DNA of 64,000 bases from Amphiscolops sp. MND2022 (GCA_964187785.1 OZ076413.1:45138001-45202000), one strand, 5' to 3'. Counted from the stretch's first letter, positions 13,549 to 26,653 are shown. Notes: generated by a model not told the origin, from the letters alone. Made by a program: numbers and translations.

Positions 13549-13577
13549 GCGTCGACTTTGGCCGTTGCCGGCTTGTT
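13549..13577 (-). repeat. HINE-like terminal motif copy
   Basis: GTCGACTTTGGCCGTTGCCGGCTTGTT matches the motif at 4398-4424. Confidence 0.45.
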
Positions 13578-15845
13578 TCGTCGTTTCGTCGTCTATGCTC
13601 ACAAATTGGAGGAAATGAAAGATGTGATCTTTAAATCCAGAACACACCAAAGGCAACTTGATTTTACCCGAATTTCAAATATGTCACTCAAGAAAAAACT
13701 TCCGAGCATTTTTTCCCATTTCGATCATTTTTGGACAAAGTACAAAGTGGGTTCCTCAAAATTTGAGATGCCATGGTTTTTGCAGATGGCAATGAATCAA
13801 TTAAATGGTCTATGTCGAGAAACATCTAAATGGAATTATCAGCCCAGTTATTCAACGCGGAAAGGAAACACTAGAGACCAATTTCAACACATACTAGGGC
13901 GTTGCTTAGGGGATACAAAGATGTGGAGTAACCTGCAGCAAAGAGGATTGTCGCACGGGGCTGACACATATCCGCTACAAGTCCATTCGGCCTCCCAGGT
14001 GCTGTGCCCTGCCTGTTCCGCCCCTTGGGAAGCTCTCCGAACGGTCCCAGTCTTTAATTGCTGTAAGAAAGGGCATCTTGCTTTTGCTCTGTCAGGACAA
14101 TGGCTTAGACAGCCTTCAAAAACGTGCCAACGTGAAACAAGGTGATTTTCTAGTTATTCAGGATGAAATACGGAATAACGTCTAAAATTGCAATACGTAG
14201 CCATATATCTTAATCTTTTCACACCAATGTTCAATAATCACCTCCATACAACAACAATCTTTTGGCAAAACCGCATTGAGCTCGTAAGCTGGGGCTCCAC
14301 AGGCACAGGTTGGTAATCTAGGCAACAAGACTCATTTTACATTAGCAATACATCAAATAGCATTATGCTAAAACAGTATAAACAGTCTCAAATCAGAGAT
14401 TTTAGCGCCTGCTAGAGGAGTCTTTTTTGTGTCTCTTTCGAAACAGCGAAACGAACAATCACATGGTCATTGCCAAGTCACAACTGGTATTCAATTTTTT
14501 GTGTTTCTTCATCGCCATCACTATGCTCCGCATTGCATCTGAGTGTGCCGTTACGTTACAAAAGGAAAGGATTTGCTTTCTAAACAGGAACCTCAAAATC
14601 AAAAAAAACTGTACGGAAAGTACCTTGTTCAGTCGCACAATGCCATTAATTGCTATTGGGACTTTTATGCTCTGTTAAACTTTCATGCCTGCTAAAATTC
14701 ATGGAGGGTCTCCAAAAAGCAATCCAGAAAAAAATTGCATAGTGTTGAAAACAACCACTTAGAGAACGTTTGTTTTTCTTTTACCTTCGCGAGCATAAAG
14801 AACTTTGGTTTAGTACGGTACTCGAATTCACGTACTTTTAATCAGACCTCATCACCAGGCCTGGAAGTCAGCGTTACCCTCTACAAAAGAAGTTATTGTA
14901 GTCATAGAAGTTTTGGCTGAAACTGGGAAGTAAGATGATAGATAATTTTACCCTAGTCGAACCTGCCGGGACGTTTTCTAATGTTGCATCCATGCATGCA
15001 TTCTAAATTTTTGATAAACATAGAAAATACTGAACGCATGCATTGAAAAACAGTAAAAGTTCCATGCAACCTGTAAAATCCTCTGAGTATATCCATCACA
15101 TTGGAAAAAAATATCAGCAGCCTGGAAATTGTTTCAAAAAAGTTCATGAAAGAAGGCTAAAAAAACTAATTTGAGACACTTCTAGTTTTAGTTCTTACTT
15201 GATCTAGCACTTGTACTGAGCTGAGTAAAAACTCGGAAAAAAACATACATTACAATTGATCTTCAATTTAGAAAAACTATTAGTCACTGAACAGAAAACA
15301 ACGCACAAAAAATCATCGAATCACAAAAAATGAATTTTGGGAACAGCTTGAGGTCAATCAAAAAGGCATTTTGAGGTCTCAACTTCAGAGTTCCAACAGA
15401 CTGACAGCTTGTTCCTCCATCAACGCCACTTGAGCTAGAGCTTCTGCAACCAAAGACTGACTCCCAACTACAATTGCAAGAAAGCACCACGTTGACAGGG
15501 TTTGACATGAAAACATCATTCTACATAACAATTGTCAGAGCCTAAAAGAAATCGAACAAAGTACTAAAATGCAATGGTGAATCGCACGTCTCATGCAAAC
15601 TAGAATGTAGTAAGAGTCTTTTGAAATTTTCGAAATTACAGCTAACTTGAGAAGTTTTATAGAACTTAGCAAAAATGGTCAGATACTTCAGATCATGGTA
15701 TAATTTTTTTTGACAAAAACGACGAGACAGAAGAAAAGTTATAAGAGGCTGTTCTTGGTTCCCCTAAAACTTGAGGACGGTTATAAGATTTAAAGGGATA
15801 ATGTTGTGTTTACATTATGAACAGATTAAATTTAACCAATCACAA

Positions 15846-15917
15846 GCGACCGTAGCTAAGCGGTAGAATGCATGACCTGCTTTCTAGCGGCGTGGGTTCA
15901 ATCCTCGGCATTGGCCG
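15846..15917 (+). mobile_element. tRNA-like SINE head or tRNA pseudogene
   Basis: A box TAGCTAAGCGG and B box GGTTCAATCC at tRNA spacing; stems do not pair as a proper cloverleaf. Confidence 0.5.
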
Positions 15918-16880
15918 ATCATTGTCAAACCGTAAAAATTACTTTTTCAAATATTATATCATAAAGTATTGCTATCTCGAAATCTGAAGCTGAAAAAATG
16001 ATCATGTTACGTTGATGTGTTTCATTGATTTCTTTACACAGTTGCGGTACTCTTTAGATGATTCATTGTACCCACGTATTGTTTCTTCAACTCTCATTGT
16101 TGTTACATCTTCTTCAATAAAAACTTTAGTTATCTAAAAATTTTTAATGGTGGCCGTAGAGAGGCGAATATTGATGACGTTGAAGATTCATACACCCCCG
16201 CCACTGTTCAAATCTGACGGAGTAACGACGGGATTGGAGAGGAAGACGAATCTATCAGTACGTGGAGGAGAGCAAAGCGTTCCAATTAGGAAACACAACT
16301 AAATTACATTTCCATCCCTCTTCCCTAACTTAACTATTTAATTATTCCCCATTCGTTCCTCAAAATTTCATTTGACAATGTGTTTTATTGCCTCGTCATC
16401 CAATTTGACTGCGACAGCAAGTCTCCAAATCTGAGGCACAAGCTGCTGAACAATCAACCGTTCCAACCTCCTGAGAAAAACCCAAAACAATTCATCGATT
16501 GGCGTCATTTGAACCCTCTTGTCGTTAGTAACTAAAAAAACCTGAAACTGGAAAAAATTTATTATTTATTTCTTCGAGATAGCAAATTTCCCCGTTGTAT
16601 ACTGGCCTCTAGAAGCAAATAAACTGATTGGTCCGTTGCAGTGAGAACAATCTGAATGTTCAATATTTTTTATTTGATTCTGCTTTCTTTTTCATAAGGA
16701 TTTGAAAATCCGTTGAACCATCTTCACTTTCGTATTGTTATTTATGAAAAAAAATCTGATTCAAAAAATAGTCGACATGTAACACTATTTTCTCTAATGA
16801 ACTGACATAGTAACTCAAAAACAAGGATTTGCGTCCGCTAAGTACTTGCTAATTAATTCGCACTGCGACTTTGAAAACGG

Positions 16881-17444
16881 ATGATTTTCATAATAGCAGC
16901 CAGTTCCCTAAATCATGCTTTGGAAACATAAACCCTCGAAGAAAAAACTCCTTAAAAAGATCAAATCAATTCTATCCCCGGCCTGAACTTGAACCCAAAT
17001 ACAAAAAATCCTACAAAAACCGTCCAAAGTTTGCTTGCAAAGGATCCTAAAGAGAAAGAAGATATAGTTATTTGGCATGACGTTTTGAATTACAAAATTT
17101 CACGTCATGATAGTAACAGTTTTCAAGCCTTGACTGTGCCACAATTGATTGATGTACTAAAAGGCCTTCAAGACAAACTCAGTGCTCTGGTTTATTGCTA
17201 ACGTTTTCGAACGTTGTACATTTTTGATGATTTGAATGTTTTGAAAACCGACCTTAACATTGAAGTATTAGGCATCGTGAAAGATTTCATTTCGTCGGAA
17301 ACGCAAAAGAATCCGCAACTTTTGAAACAATACAAGGCTTTACACCCGAGTCCTGAGCTTGAAATGAAAAGTCTTGACCTCTTTTTACGTAAAGAGAGTC
17401 AGTTTTCAGCCATTACCGATAACAACCGTCCAAAACAAAACTAG
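16881..17444 (+). pseudogene. Decayed SGNH-esterase-like ORF, probably TE-derived
   Basis: One frame from ATG 16881 with three internal TAA; FIIAASSL (block I-like), SIPGLNL (block II-like), IVIWHDVLN (block III-like), ALHPS (block V-like His). Confidence 0.4.
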
Positions 17445-17873
17445 CAAGCGTGTCCTATCAAAGTGCATCTATGAATCCTTCTCAGTAGAACCCCGTTTTC
17501 TTTTGACTGTAGAGATTGTGTCCAGACTTCATTGTCTAGTTGAAGTCTCTACAGTCCTTTGTTGGTTTCTGGCCCTCAATCCAGTTTTACGCAAGTTACC
17601 TATGACAATTGAAATTCATTGATAAGCAATCAAACCTTTCCCTCTGGTTATTACCTTCGTCCCGACTCACAGTCAGAATAGCGTCCGGACCTAATTTTCC
17701 GGGTGAAATCCTGGTAATACAGCCCCATTAACAGCATCTCAACCAGAGATGGCGTTTTCAACGCACCTTTAAGTTCTTTGTTGTCGTCCTCTTAGTCCGT
17801 GACCACTTTTCAACCCAAAACAAACAAAATTGTTTGTTTGTCTGACCCGTCCCATTTTTCGACACTTAGTCTC

Positions 17874-19100
17874 TTGGTGCTGTGTCCGAACTTCACTGTT
17901 TGGTTGACGCTCATAGAGATTCGATTTACGACTCACTTGGCCTTTTTATTTCCAAAAGTCCCCCTAAGTTGATCATTACTTGAACTAAAAGTGGCAAATC
18001 CGGTACAGGAAAAGTTCAAAAGTGCTCTGAGAGTCGTCTTAAAGCTGAAACCGAGCTCAAGAAGGTCCAAAATGATTTTGTAGACGCTGTTGAACATTTA
18101 GAGCGTCGTCATCGCGTAGTGCGATTAATTGAGTCTTGCGAAGCAAAATTGACGAGGGCTTTGGTAAAAAATGGAAACTTTTGGAGCTGGCTAACAAGTC
18201 CAATGATCCGGCAATGACAACTGCAGACCTTGAGAAATGGTTACGTGACGTTACTGCGGAAAATGATGAAATCCTGAAGAAAGCAAAGGACTACATTGAT
18301 CAATGCCCAGACAGGTTAAAATTTCCCAGAGTTCACGTCAGACAACCACGGTTCAAAGTAAGTCCAGCAAAGCTACCAGCTCTGAAAAATCAAAGACCTC
18401 CAGTCAACGGCAACGCGATCTTTTAATCGCTCAACAACGACGTGTAGAGGTTGAGAGACAGAATGAAGCCACCCTACGCCTGGCGAAGCAGAAACAACAG
18501 CTCGAACTTGAACAGCAAGAACTAGATTTGCAGAAACTGCGAAAAGAACAGGCGTTGCGGGTTGAAGGTCTTGAAGAAGAAAATTGCCGGAAATTAGCAG
18601 AAGCCACCTTCGTTGAAATAGAACTTCGAGATGACTTGTCGGAGTCTAATGCTGACTTTCATGAAAAGTTTTCACGCTTGGGCGCTTCAAGCGAAGCAAA
18701 GAAGACCCCGAGGATCAATGACTGGGTTAACAACTCCCCCAGGGCCGAAATTGAGATGCAGCCCAGCATTGGAGCTCAAACCACAATAGCCACGACTGAC
18801 ACCCTCGAAGTCGAACCAACACCTCAAAGTTTCCCCGTCGACGTTGTTGCCTCTGCTCCGGTAGGAGATCAACCAAGATTACCGGAAGTGAATCCCACGA
18901 CGACGACTCAAAGCGCGACTATCCAAAACCAAGTTTTGCTGCCACCGCCACCACCTCCTGTACTCTTTAACCCATCACTCACAGTGCCAATGAGCCATAT
19001 ACTTCCGAACTTGTCTGCCTGGACAATCCCAACTGCAATCAAGAACCATTCCACACAACCAAGCCCACATATTGCTTCTTCAACTTTCATTGTTGTTCCA
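17874..19100 (+). mobile_element. Truncated BEL/Pao-like LTR retrotransposon: possible PBS and frameshifted gag N-terminus
   Basis: TGGTGCTGTG possible PBS; helical segment, Ser/Lys-rich patch SKSSKATSSEKSKTSS, Glu/Gln coiled coil, RINDWV, Pro-rich linker; no pol follows. Confidence 0.5.
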
Positions 19101-21218
19101 TCTTATTCAATGCAAACTTTAGTTATCCAAAGACTTTATAGATAACGATCTTACTGCCGTCCTGTTCTTGTTTCGAACTAAAATGTTCAAATCGGGTGTC
19201 AGATAACATACGATTTTTAAAAGATACGATTTATCCGGCTTCAAATTATTCGGAGTTTACTGACTTTTTGATAGCGATCAAAAATGAACTCAGGAACTTC
19301 AAAAATTTAACTGATTTCCTCGAATTCGAATTTCTCAAAAAATCTCCAATGTTTATCATCAAAAAATGACAAATATTTATGATTCGTTAGCAATTGGAAT
19401 CGAAATGCTCACAGAAACCTTTACGAATTACTTTCTTCATTATTTGAGATTTTTAAAACGGATTTTGCAGCTGAAAAAAGTTTGAAATTTCAACCTATCA
19501 ATTTAGCTGATTTTGATATTCCACTCTCAAAGTAGTTCCCTTCACAACAGATCACAACTTCAATACGACAATGTTTTTGATTTTTGAAAACTAATTTTGT
19601 TTTTAATTTTTGCGCTTTTCAACAGTTTTCAAGCAACAAAAAAATCCATCAAAAAATTCCGGTTACACAATTTTGTTTGTCGTATTATATTTGTTTGCGT
19701 CATATTGTAGCGTCTGTGCTTGCAAAATTCAAAGCATGCCCATAAAAACCTACAAATTTTCGCGGGTAATTTGGGTTTAATTTCCTGGATGTCTCTCTGA
19801 AAGCCCGCCAAATTGTAAAAGAATCCTAATAAATACCTGTAAAATTAGTGACGCAGCATGAAAGTTTTGAGCATGAAATTTTCACTGAGCAGCTCCCAAA
19901 AACCTAAAAAAGCATCTAAACTTTTCGAGTACTTCCAACTAGGGTATGGTTAAAGCTGAAACTGTTCGTTCCCTAATAAAACCTATTTAGTAAATTGAAG
20001 AGTTTAGGCGGATATTTCTTAAACTGTTGACTTTTTGCAGAATATAACATATTCATCACTTCGTAGACTTTGGTGTGAGTTGTTTGAGTAAAAATTGTAA
20101 GAATAAAAAAAGTTGTGTATAGAACAGACAAAAATAAGAACATAATCATGAGACCTAATTTTGATCGAGTTTAGATAATTTTAATTTTCACAGATTTGTC
20201 ACATGTCAAAACGTTTTAACGAGTTTGTTGTACACAAATTAAAAATTTAGAAAATTTTCTTTGACAGTTTTCAGGTTTGATAAATTCACGTCTACTGTGT
20301 ATCCGCTCAGAAGAAATGATTTTTTCACCGTAAAATCTTTTCAGATCTTTTTGTTCCATAAAAATCAAGAGTTCCACAGAAATAACAAGCATCTCAGAAC
20401 AACACACAGAACCTAAGGAAGCCGGGTACGTCCCAAGTTGGTGACCCCTTTAAGGTCCAAAAAGCGGAACAACGATGTCATGAGTTTTTTAACTAAACAA
20501 CAAACTGACTGGGAATATACTTTGGTGAAATGAATAAAAAGCTGCATAGTAACAAAAAACCATTGGTGTCGTCTAGTAGGCGGTGCGAAAACATTTTAGA
20601 TTTAAGTATGCGACAACTTATTCTAAGCGACTATTTGAAACCAGTAATGAACTGACAAGTTGGAAAAGTTGTAGTCAGACTGGAGTTGTTTTTGATTAAA
20701 AAAACGTAAGAGTCTGATCTACTTTTGAGAAGCGCCTGTCAAAAACAGCTGCTATAATGATTAGCGCAAGGATCGCGAAGTAAGAAACAACTGTCGAGGA
20801 AGACTGAAGAGAAACTTGTGACCTTTAGGCCCGTGGTCTGTTTTTCGAGGTGAAAAACTACTCAAAAAATGTTCGCTACAAATCATTTTATACAAGACGC
20901 AAAACAAGTCACACAGCTAAGAAAATAAAATGGTATGCATACTAACAGTGCGCTAGTTTCCAGTAAAATTACCATTAGAATAGCATCGTTAGAAAAAAAA
21001 AGCAAAATAGTATGTTTGCTTTTATTAAAAAGCACATTTTTTTGGTCGAAACCAAGAATTATTTAAATCAAGAGATACGTCTTTCGAAAGAGTACTTATC
21101 AAAATATGACTGAACGAAAATTAAAGGTTTTCCAAAAGTCTTTGTTCCAAAAAACTGAAACAGTTGCCGTTGAAAAAAGTATCGATTTCTTCAATTTTTC
21201 AGTTGTATCTGCAAGTCA

Positions 21219-21933
21219 TGTAACGTCCGGCTAGCGGCGCACATCTAGGAAGAGGGACAATGCCTAGGATGCTTAAACAGGAGACCGTTGTCTTACTACA
21301 TACCTAGACACTAGTTTTTGATCCCAAAATGGTCTCCAAGGGGGACTTTTCTAACGTCTAAGGAGGCTCCTCTAATTAGAGCTCCGAGGCGACGTGCCGG
21401 CACTCTCAAAGTCCGGACACGCCCCACAAGCCTGTAAAAACGTATCCTAAGGTTTTTAGCGCATTCCTGCCATCTCCTACATACTTCCGAGGTCCAAAAA
21501 GGTGTTTATCCGAAAAATGTCATTTCGACAGTTATGGGCATGAAATGCTGACCTAGAAGGTCAGGCATGGGGAAAATAACAAAATGCATTATAAATTAAC
21601 AAAACAAAGGGGGATAAGCCCCAAATGGAAATACAGTTACTGTTCGTAGATTTTCGGGGATCCAGTCATGTCGTTCTAGAATGGCTCTGCTTTCTCAGGG
21701 ATGACGTAGCACCGGGTAGCGTTCGTCGTATTCTGTCCCGTGTGGATCTTCATGTCATCAGTCGTCTACTTCTTTTCTTTATCATCTCCTGTCGTTCTTC
21801 TTGTTTTTTACGTTCTCTCTTTTCATTTTATGGGCTTCAAGGACCTGCCAGGTCGGCCATTTTGATTCGCACATTTTTTTGTTCTTGATCGAATTTTTCA
21901 TCGAAAATTTGGTGTTGACTGGTGGACGTTACA
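21219..21933 (-). repeat. Element 1 3' LTR
   Basis: Matches 39600-40314 except one substitution seen (GGGGGAC vs GGGGGAA); 10-bp terminal inverted repeat TGTAACGTCC. Confidence 0.97.
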
Positions 21934-21947
21934 TCCTCCCCGGGCCG
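21934..21947 (-). promoter_or_regulatory. Polypurine tract of element 1
   Basis: Minus strand CGGCCCGGGGAGGA abuts the 3' LTR; similar to element 2 GCCCGGGGAGTGA. Confidence 0.75.
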
Positions 21948-22515
21948 TAGTTTGTCGTCCTCGGCAAACGAGAGGATGCTCGCACCCAAAGGGTACTCTG
22001 AGATTTACAGGAAAGGTCTTACATCAAGACTGTGTTAATTTCACATTACTATTCCTTTCGTTTCGCTACTGCATGTTTAGCGCTCTAAAGCCATCAAATT
22101 CAAAAAGCACTGATTTTTAGGTTAAAAATTACACAGTCGGATTTAAAAAAAAAGGTTTTTTCACTAATCACTCAGTTCAAGTTAAAATTTCTTTTTCTAA
22201 AATTGGGCCCCTGCGTGGCCAAGTGAGTAACAACAACTTTTGGGCTTAGTAGAAGTTTTAAATTCAAATCAAAACGGGAGGGCACCGAACCGGGACCCGC
22301 CCAGAGGATGTAGCTATATTGCATTGTTGCATTGGTAGCATAGTAAGATATACATCAAACGAAACTCAGAAATCAAGGTTTATTGCACCGAAAGTTTTCA
22401 GCACCAGTAAGATGGTGTAGCACAACTAAAATCAAGAGTTGGCATCAATATTTTGATGATGAGATGTTTTATGCTTAATTGTGTTCTAACAGTCTTGGGG
22501 GTCCAGAGGACTCCT

Positions 22516-23484
22516 TTATTCCAACAGCTGGTTCTGTGGGGCTTCTTGCATGGAAGTACTGCCCATGGCGTCCACCGTATTTTGGTATTCTTCATCTATG
22601 GTCAATAAGTTGTTGAGCTCTGATTCTATGTCCGCTGCCTCCATGTTCGAGATATTGGTCTCCACTTCGTCTCCTACAGGAGTAGTGGCATTAGAGAGCG
22701 TGAAGTTGTTGTCAGTCATTGGTTCCTCTGATGGTGGCATGACGCCTGGCACATCATCTTGCACCCCTTCTACCAATAATTCATTGGTGTCTTGAATGAT
22801 GTGGGGTGTGGGAAAGATGGTGCGAGAGCTGCCAGAGGCAGCTTCGCTCAAATCGCTGATCCCTGGGATGGCTTCGATCGACTCCTAGTTCGGCAGGCCG
22901 TCCGCTAATTCTTGATGACCATATTGGGTGAACAGCTGCCTGAACGTTCGTATTCCCCTAGCGTATTCTTCGCGCACAGCTCGAGTACGCTCTCGCTGGA
23001 GACCATGCAGACGTACGAATATTTCTAGTGCCATACGCGGGTTGCTGGGAACGTCAGTGTTCACGGGCAAATCTTTCCTGCTTGGTTCTTTTGCTACTGT
23101 TGGAATGGTCGTTGGCAGCTGTTGAAAGGTCTGGTGTATAGCGAGGTCCACGAGTTCTGGCTGGGCCCAACATGTAATGGTATTCAAGATTCTGGCGGTA
23201 TGCTCACGGGGTTCTGTTCTTGCACAATATACTCTGGAAGTGTCACACGCATAGGGATATAATAACCCAATAGGTTCTTCTCCTTTTCGACGACCACCCA
23301 ATCTTTGGATAATTGTTTTCAAGATACGCAGGACGACTGGCACGTCCCACCCTTCGAACGTCGCCACTGCTCCATTATTTGGATTGATGGGGGTATGTAG
23401 CCAAACTACCGGGTGGATTTCCATTGGCAAAGGGAGTGAGCTGCGTGCTCGCGCCTTGATCAACGTAAGATAGTTGTGCTCCAC
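22516..23484 (-). CDS. Probable C-terminal continuation of element 1 ORF3 (after frameshift; internal TAG at 22885-22887)
   Basis: ORFs 22885-23484 and 22516-22851 are in one frame; removing a 4-bp CCGC duplication near 23491-23498 joins them to ORF3; acidic tail. Confidence 0.55.
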
Positions 23485-26400
23485 TTGTTGGCGGGCGGTC
23501 TTTGATTACGGTGTATGCCATGGGAGGTCGCAAGTTGGCAAAGCTGTGTATCACTGATTGATAGGTGGGACCCTGAAGGGGCCCATTAGAGGTCACGAAG
23601 TGTAGAATCGAGAGGGATGGGCTCACCGCTGCCACTCGCAGGGCCTGCGTTGGATAGCGCAGGGCCATAACTGCGCCGAAGATAGGCCAGATTACTGGAG
23701 CAATGAGGGGTATCAGGTCCTCTGTTTCCACGAGCATCAACGTTGCAATTTGTGTAGGGAACAGGAACCCTGGAAGTTGATTGGGGTCTCGGTTAATAGC
23801 TGGGCACTCATCCAGAGGATGCATAATGCCAGAGACATTGACCCAGGTGGAATAAATCCACACTAGAAGTGCTTGAATGTTCAAGTCTAGTTGCGCTTTT
23901 AACTTTAAGGAACCCGCTGGGTCCAGAGTTTCAATGAGCGCAGATATCCAACTTCTTTGATTCTGCGAAAAGACCAGGAAGCTGAACAGGGCTGAGCCTC
24001 CCTTGTTGAGCACAAACTTTTGTATGAGGGCTGACGGTCCTCGGTACATCATGGTCAACCCCACAGCCATTAAATACGCTAGCATTTCACTAATGGTCGC
24101 TCTTTCCATGGCCTCCATGTATAGTCGCATTCGCTGCTCATCCAGGCCGTACTCGGCCTGTACTAGGGAAGGAAGCCAGAAGGGAGAGATGTTGTGGAGA
24201 AATACTGGAAACGTTATGCCTAGTCGGTCCGCGACTTGGCCCAGAGGTTCTCGTAGTTGATTGTGCCATGTTTGATACGTGTGCGTCGGCTCTTGAATAT
24301 TCCTTCGTACAATATCTTGAGCTAGTATCAACAACATGGCTAATGTGGGTGACCTTTGCCCAGGTTCCGCGTCTAATGATATTTGTGCTATAGGGAAGAT
24401 AGAGGAATTCTTTCTATCACCTTGAATCGTTTCGGTTTCCTTCATCAGACTCGTGAGTTCCTTGTGGAACTTCGGCTCATGCGTTTTCTCGTCTATAGTC
24501 GATTCGTCCCGGCGTTCAAACCAGAGGTTATCCACCAGGTTATTGCGCTCACCTTCATTTGGATCATTCACGATTCGGTCTCCACGCTCGTTCAATGATC
24601 GACGAGCCATTTCCATCCCATAATCAAATGCTGTTGCTTCATCTACTATCATCTGGGAATTGCCGCGGTAACCGACGTATGATTGAAGGGCCTTTGAGAC
24701 TTCAGCAATGAAGGCTGGATATGAGGCTTCACAGGGGCGCCAGCTATTATTGCTGATGCGTAAGTTAGGGGCCACAATGTAGAAAGCCAGATCTCTTGCG
24801 TACGCTGCCTCCATTATTAGGTACAAGAATTGCTGAAGGGTGCGGGGAAGGTGCACGTAGCCTGGAGGTGACATAAACACCGTTCCAGTGGTAGCTTTCT
24901 TTCTGCGCATAGCTTGGGCAATATTCGCCATCGTCTCCACGTAGTTGGTTACCTCGTCGGTGATGAACCCCTCGGTAAACCTTTCATGGTCTGGCCGGAA
25001 GCATTCCAGGGTCCCTCGCAGAGCGAGGTGGTCTATCACATTCGAATATACCAACAACGGAGGTAGCGGGATAGTCTCTGTTCCCGCTTGGGTGAATATT
25101 TTATCGGTCACCTCTGCCATTTCGTTCAGTGTTGTACAGGGCATGTTCAGTATTCTGACGTCCATGAGGGTATTGTGGGAGTTGAATGAAGACTTCATCG
25201 TCGAGTCGACGAAGAAGGCTATTCTGGTTTTCTGTAAGAGGTCCTTTCCCATGGGCAGGATTGTTATGGGGTCCCTCGCATAGTTTTTAGTTCGCAAGCG
25301 GTCTTCGTCGAAGCGGCCAGGACGCTGTCGGAGGAAGCTGTCAGGAACACGCATGTATGTTGAGTTTACTCTCTCCAGTTCTGTTCGCATGCGGTTAAAC
25401 CATGGGGGGCATCCGTCTCGAGTGAACACGGGTTTCTTGACGGGGCGATTGTAGAGTACTCCCACTGTGGCTTTCTCTATTTTCTGCCTTGTGGCGAGGT
25501 CCCCAGTTCCCGTAGCGATCTCGAATTTCTGTCGTAGAGGGTCTTCTGGTGACGTTGTGGTTGGTACTTCCCGCTGGAGACGCAGTGCGTCGCGTGCAGT
25601 GATATCCAGCTGCCGTTTTTCTGTATGTGTTAGGAGTTCGTGCGTTATTCTAGGTCTCCTTATTTCTGGTTGTGTGGGTGAGGTAGACGGGGGTTGCGGG
25701 ATACTGGTCGAGCTCGATTGTCTACCTTGCGTGGTCGCCTCTCTGGCTCGCTTTCCAGCTTTAATTTTCTCCCGGAGGTCTACCACAGTGTTGGCCGCCT
25801 TACTTTCAGCTTTTTGTTGTTCTCGCTGACGTTCTCGGAATTGTGGGTCCATTTGGAAGCCTACTAGGCTGGCTGGTTCTGAGACTTGTAGAGGTTCCGA
25901 GTCTTGTGATTCGGTTCTGGAGGACGTTTGAGTTAATTCTTCATATGAGTCCTTGAACGTCACCGTTCTCCTGGGCTGTTCTTCGCTCAGTGTAGCGCTT
26001 GTTGTATTGTCTACTTGCACCCCTCCCCCCTGAAAGGTAGATGGAGGCATGAAGGTAGAAGATGGGGTGGTGAGTAATCGAATGCCTTCCGATGCCAGGG
26101 GCATGGGCGGTGTTAGCACTGGGGGTGGCATGATTGGCAGTGTGCAGCTGAATTGCACCGGGTGCGGTGAGGGCAACGGGGTCGTAGTTTGCGTCTGTAG
26201 TGATGATTGTGAAATGCGGAGTGATCGTTCTTGGTCCATGGGAGGCCTAGTAGGCTCTCCATAGACTAAGTGGGAGCGAGGATCTATGAGGCTGTGGGTC
26301 AAGCCATACCCTTGCCAGGTACCGTCGCGAAAAGTGGCAGAGCGTTCTATCGGGCCGACTCGGCTGGTGATGGTGAAGCTAACATCAGGGTACTCTGCCT

Positions 26401-26653
26401 GAGCTTGGGTTTGGGCAATGATCATGGCGAAGCCAGCGATCATTGTGGGTGTCGCTCCGTTTAGTAGAGTGTCTTGGACAAGAGCTAGTTGGTCGACTCG
26501 ACCATCTATTTCGCTCATCATTTGAGGTGGATCGTTCCTTGTGGATGGTTGGGTACGCGTAGCGTTCTGAGGTGCAGGTAGGCGGTGTCGCGCAGATGGG
26601 TCCATTGGAAACGATGATAAAGGAATGTTTAGCACCGAAGATTGTGATGGCAA
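23375..26653 (-). CDS. Element 1 ORF3 (env position), about 1092 aa, SGNH-hydrolase-like domain followed by hydrophobic helices
   Basis: Long ORF between pol and 3' LTR; RIAFFVDS, MPCTTL, LLVYSNVIDHL resemble SGNH blocks I-III. Confidence 0.8.
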   Translation of the reverse strand: MPSQSSVLNIPLSSFPMDPSARHRLPAPQNATRTQPSTRNDPPQMMSEIDGRVDQLALVQDTLLNGATPTMIAGFAMIIAQTQAQAEYPDVSFTITSRVGPIERSATFRDGTWQGYGLTHSLIDPRSHLVYGEPTRPPMDQERSLRISQSSLQTQTTTPLPSPHPVQFSCTLPIMPPPVLTPPMPLASEGIRLLTTPSSTFMPPSTFQGGGVQVDNTTSATLSEEQPRRTVTFKDSYEELTQTSSRTESQDSEPLQVSEPASLVGFQMDPQFRERQREQQKAESKAANTVVDLREKIKAGKRAREATTQGRQSSSTSIPQPPSTSPTQPEIRRPRITHELLTHTEKRQLDITARDALRLQREVPTTTSPEDPLRQKFEIATGTGDLATRQKIEKATVGVLYNRPVKKPVFTRDGCPPWFNRMRTELERVNSTYMRVPDSFLRQRPGRFDEDRLRTKNYARDPITILPMGKDLLQKTRIAFFVDSTMKSSFNSHNTLMDVRILNMPCTTLNEMAEVTDKIFTQAGTETIPLPPLLVYSNVIDHLALRGTLECFRPDHERFTEGFITDEVTNYVETMANIAQAMRRKKATTGTVFMSPPGYVHLPRTLQQFLYLIMEAAYARDLAFYIVAPNLRISNNSWRPCEASYPAFIAEVSKALQSYVGYRGNSQMIVDEATAFDYGMEMARRSLNERGDRIVNDPNEGERNNLVDNLWFERRDESTIDEKTHEPKFHKELTSLMKETETIQGDRKNSSIFPIAQISLDAEPGQRSPTLAMLLILAQDIVRRNIQEPTHTYQTWHNQLREPLGQVADRLGITFPVFLHNISPFWLPSLVQAEYGLDEQRMRLYMEAMERATISEMLAYLMAVGLTMMYRGPSALIQKFVLNKGGSALFSFLVFSQNQRSWISALIETLDPAGSLKLKAQLDLNIQALLVWIYSTWVNVSGIMHPLDECPAINRDPNQLPGFLFPTQIATLMLVETEDLIPLIAPVIWPIFGAVMALRYPTQALRVAAVSPSLSILHFVTSNGPLQGPTYQSVIHSFANLRPPMAYTVIKDRPPTSGAQLSYVDQGASTQLTPFANGNPPGSLATYPHQSK

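Noticed and set aside
13558..14145. 195-aa ORF
   Set aside because: TTG start inside a repeat terminus; no domain recognised
15846..15917. Functional tRNA gene
   Set aside because: A and B boxes present but acceptor and anticodon stems do not pair
17500..17870. 5' LTR of the BEL/Pao fragment
   Set aside because: No second copy in the window to define boundaries
21625..21888. 87-aa ORF duplicated at 40006-40269 (similarly ORFs at 44718-45096 and 59046-59377)
   Set aside because: Identity is explained by LTR duplication; no protein features
23375..26653. Classical env fusogen call for ORF3
   Set aside because: No signal peptide, furin site plus fusion peptide, Cys-rich ectodomain or clear single C-terminal TM anchor seen
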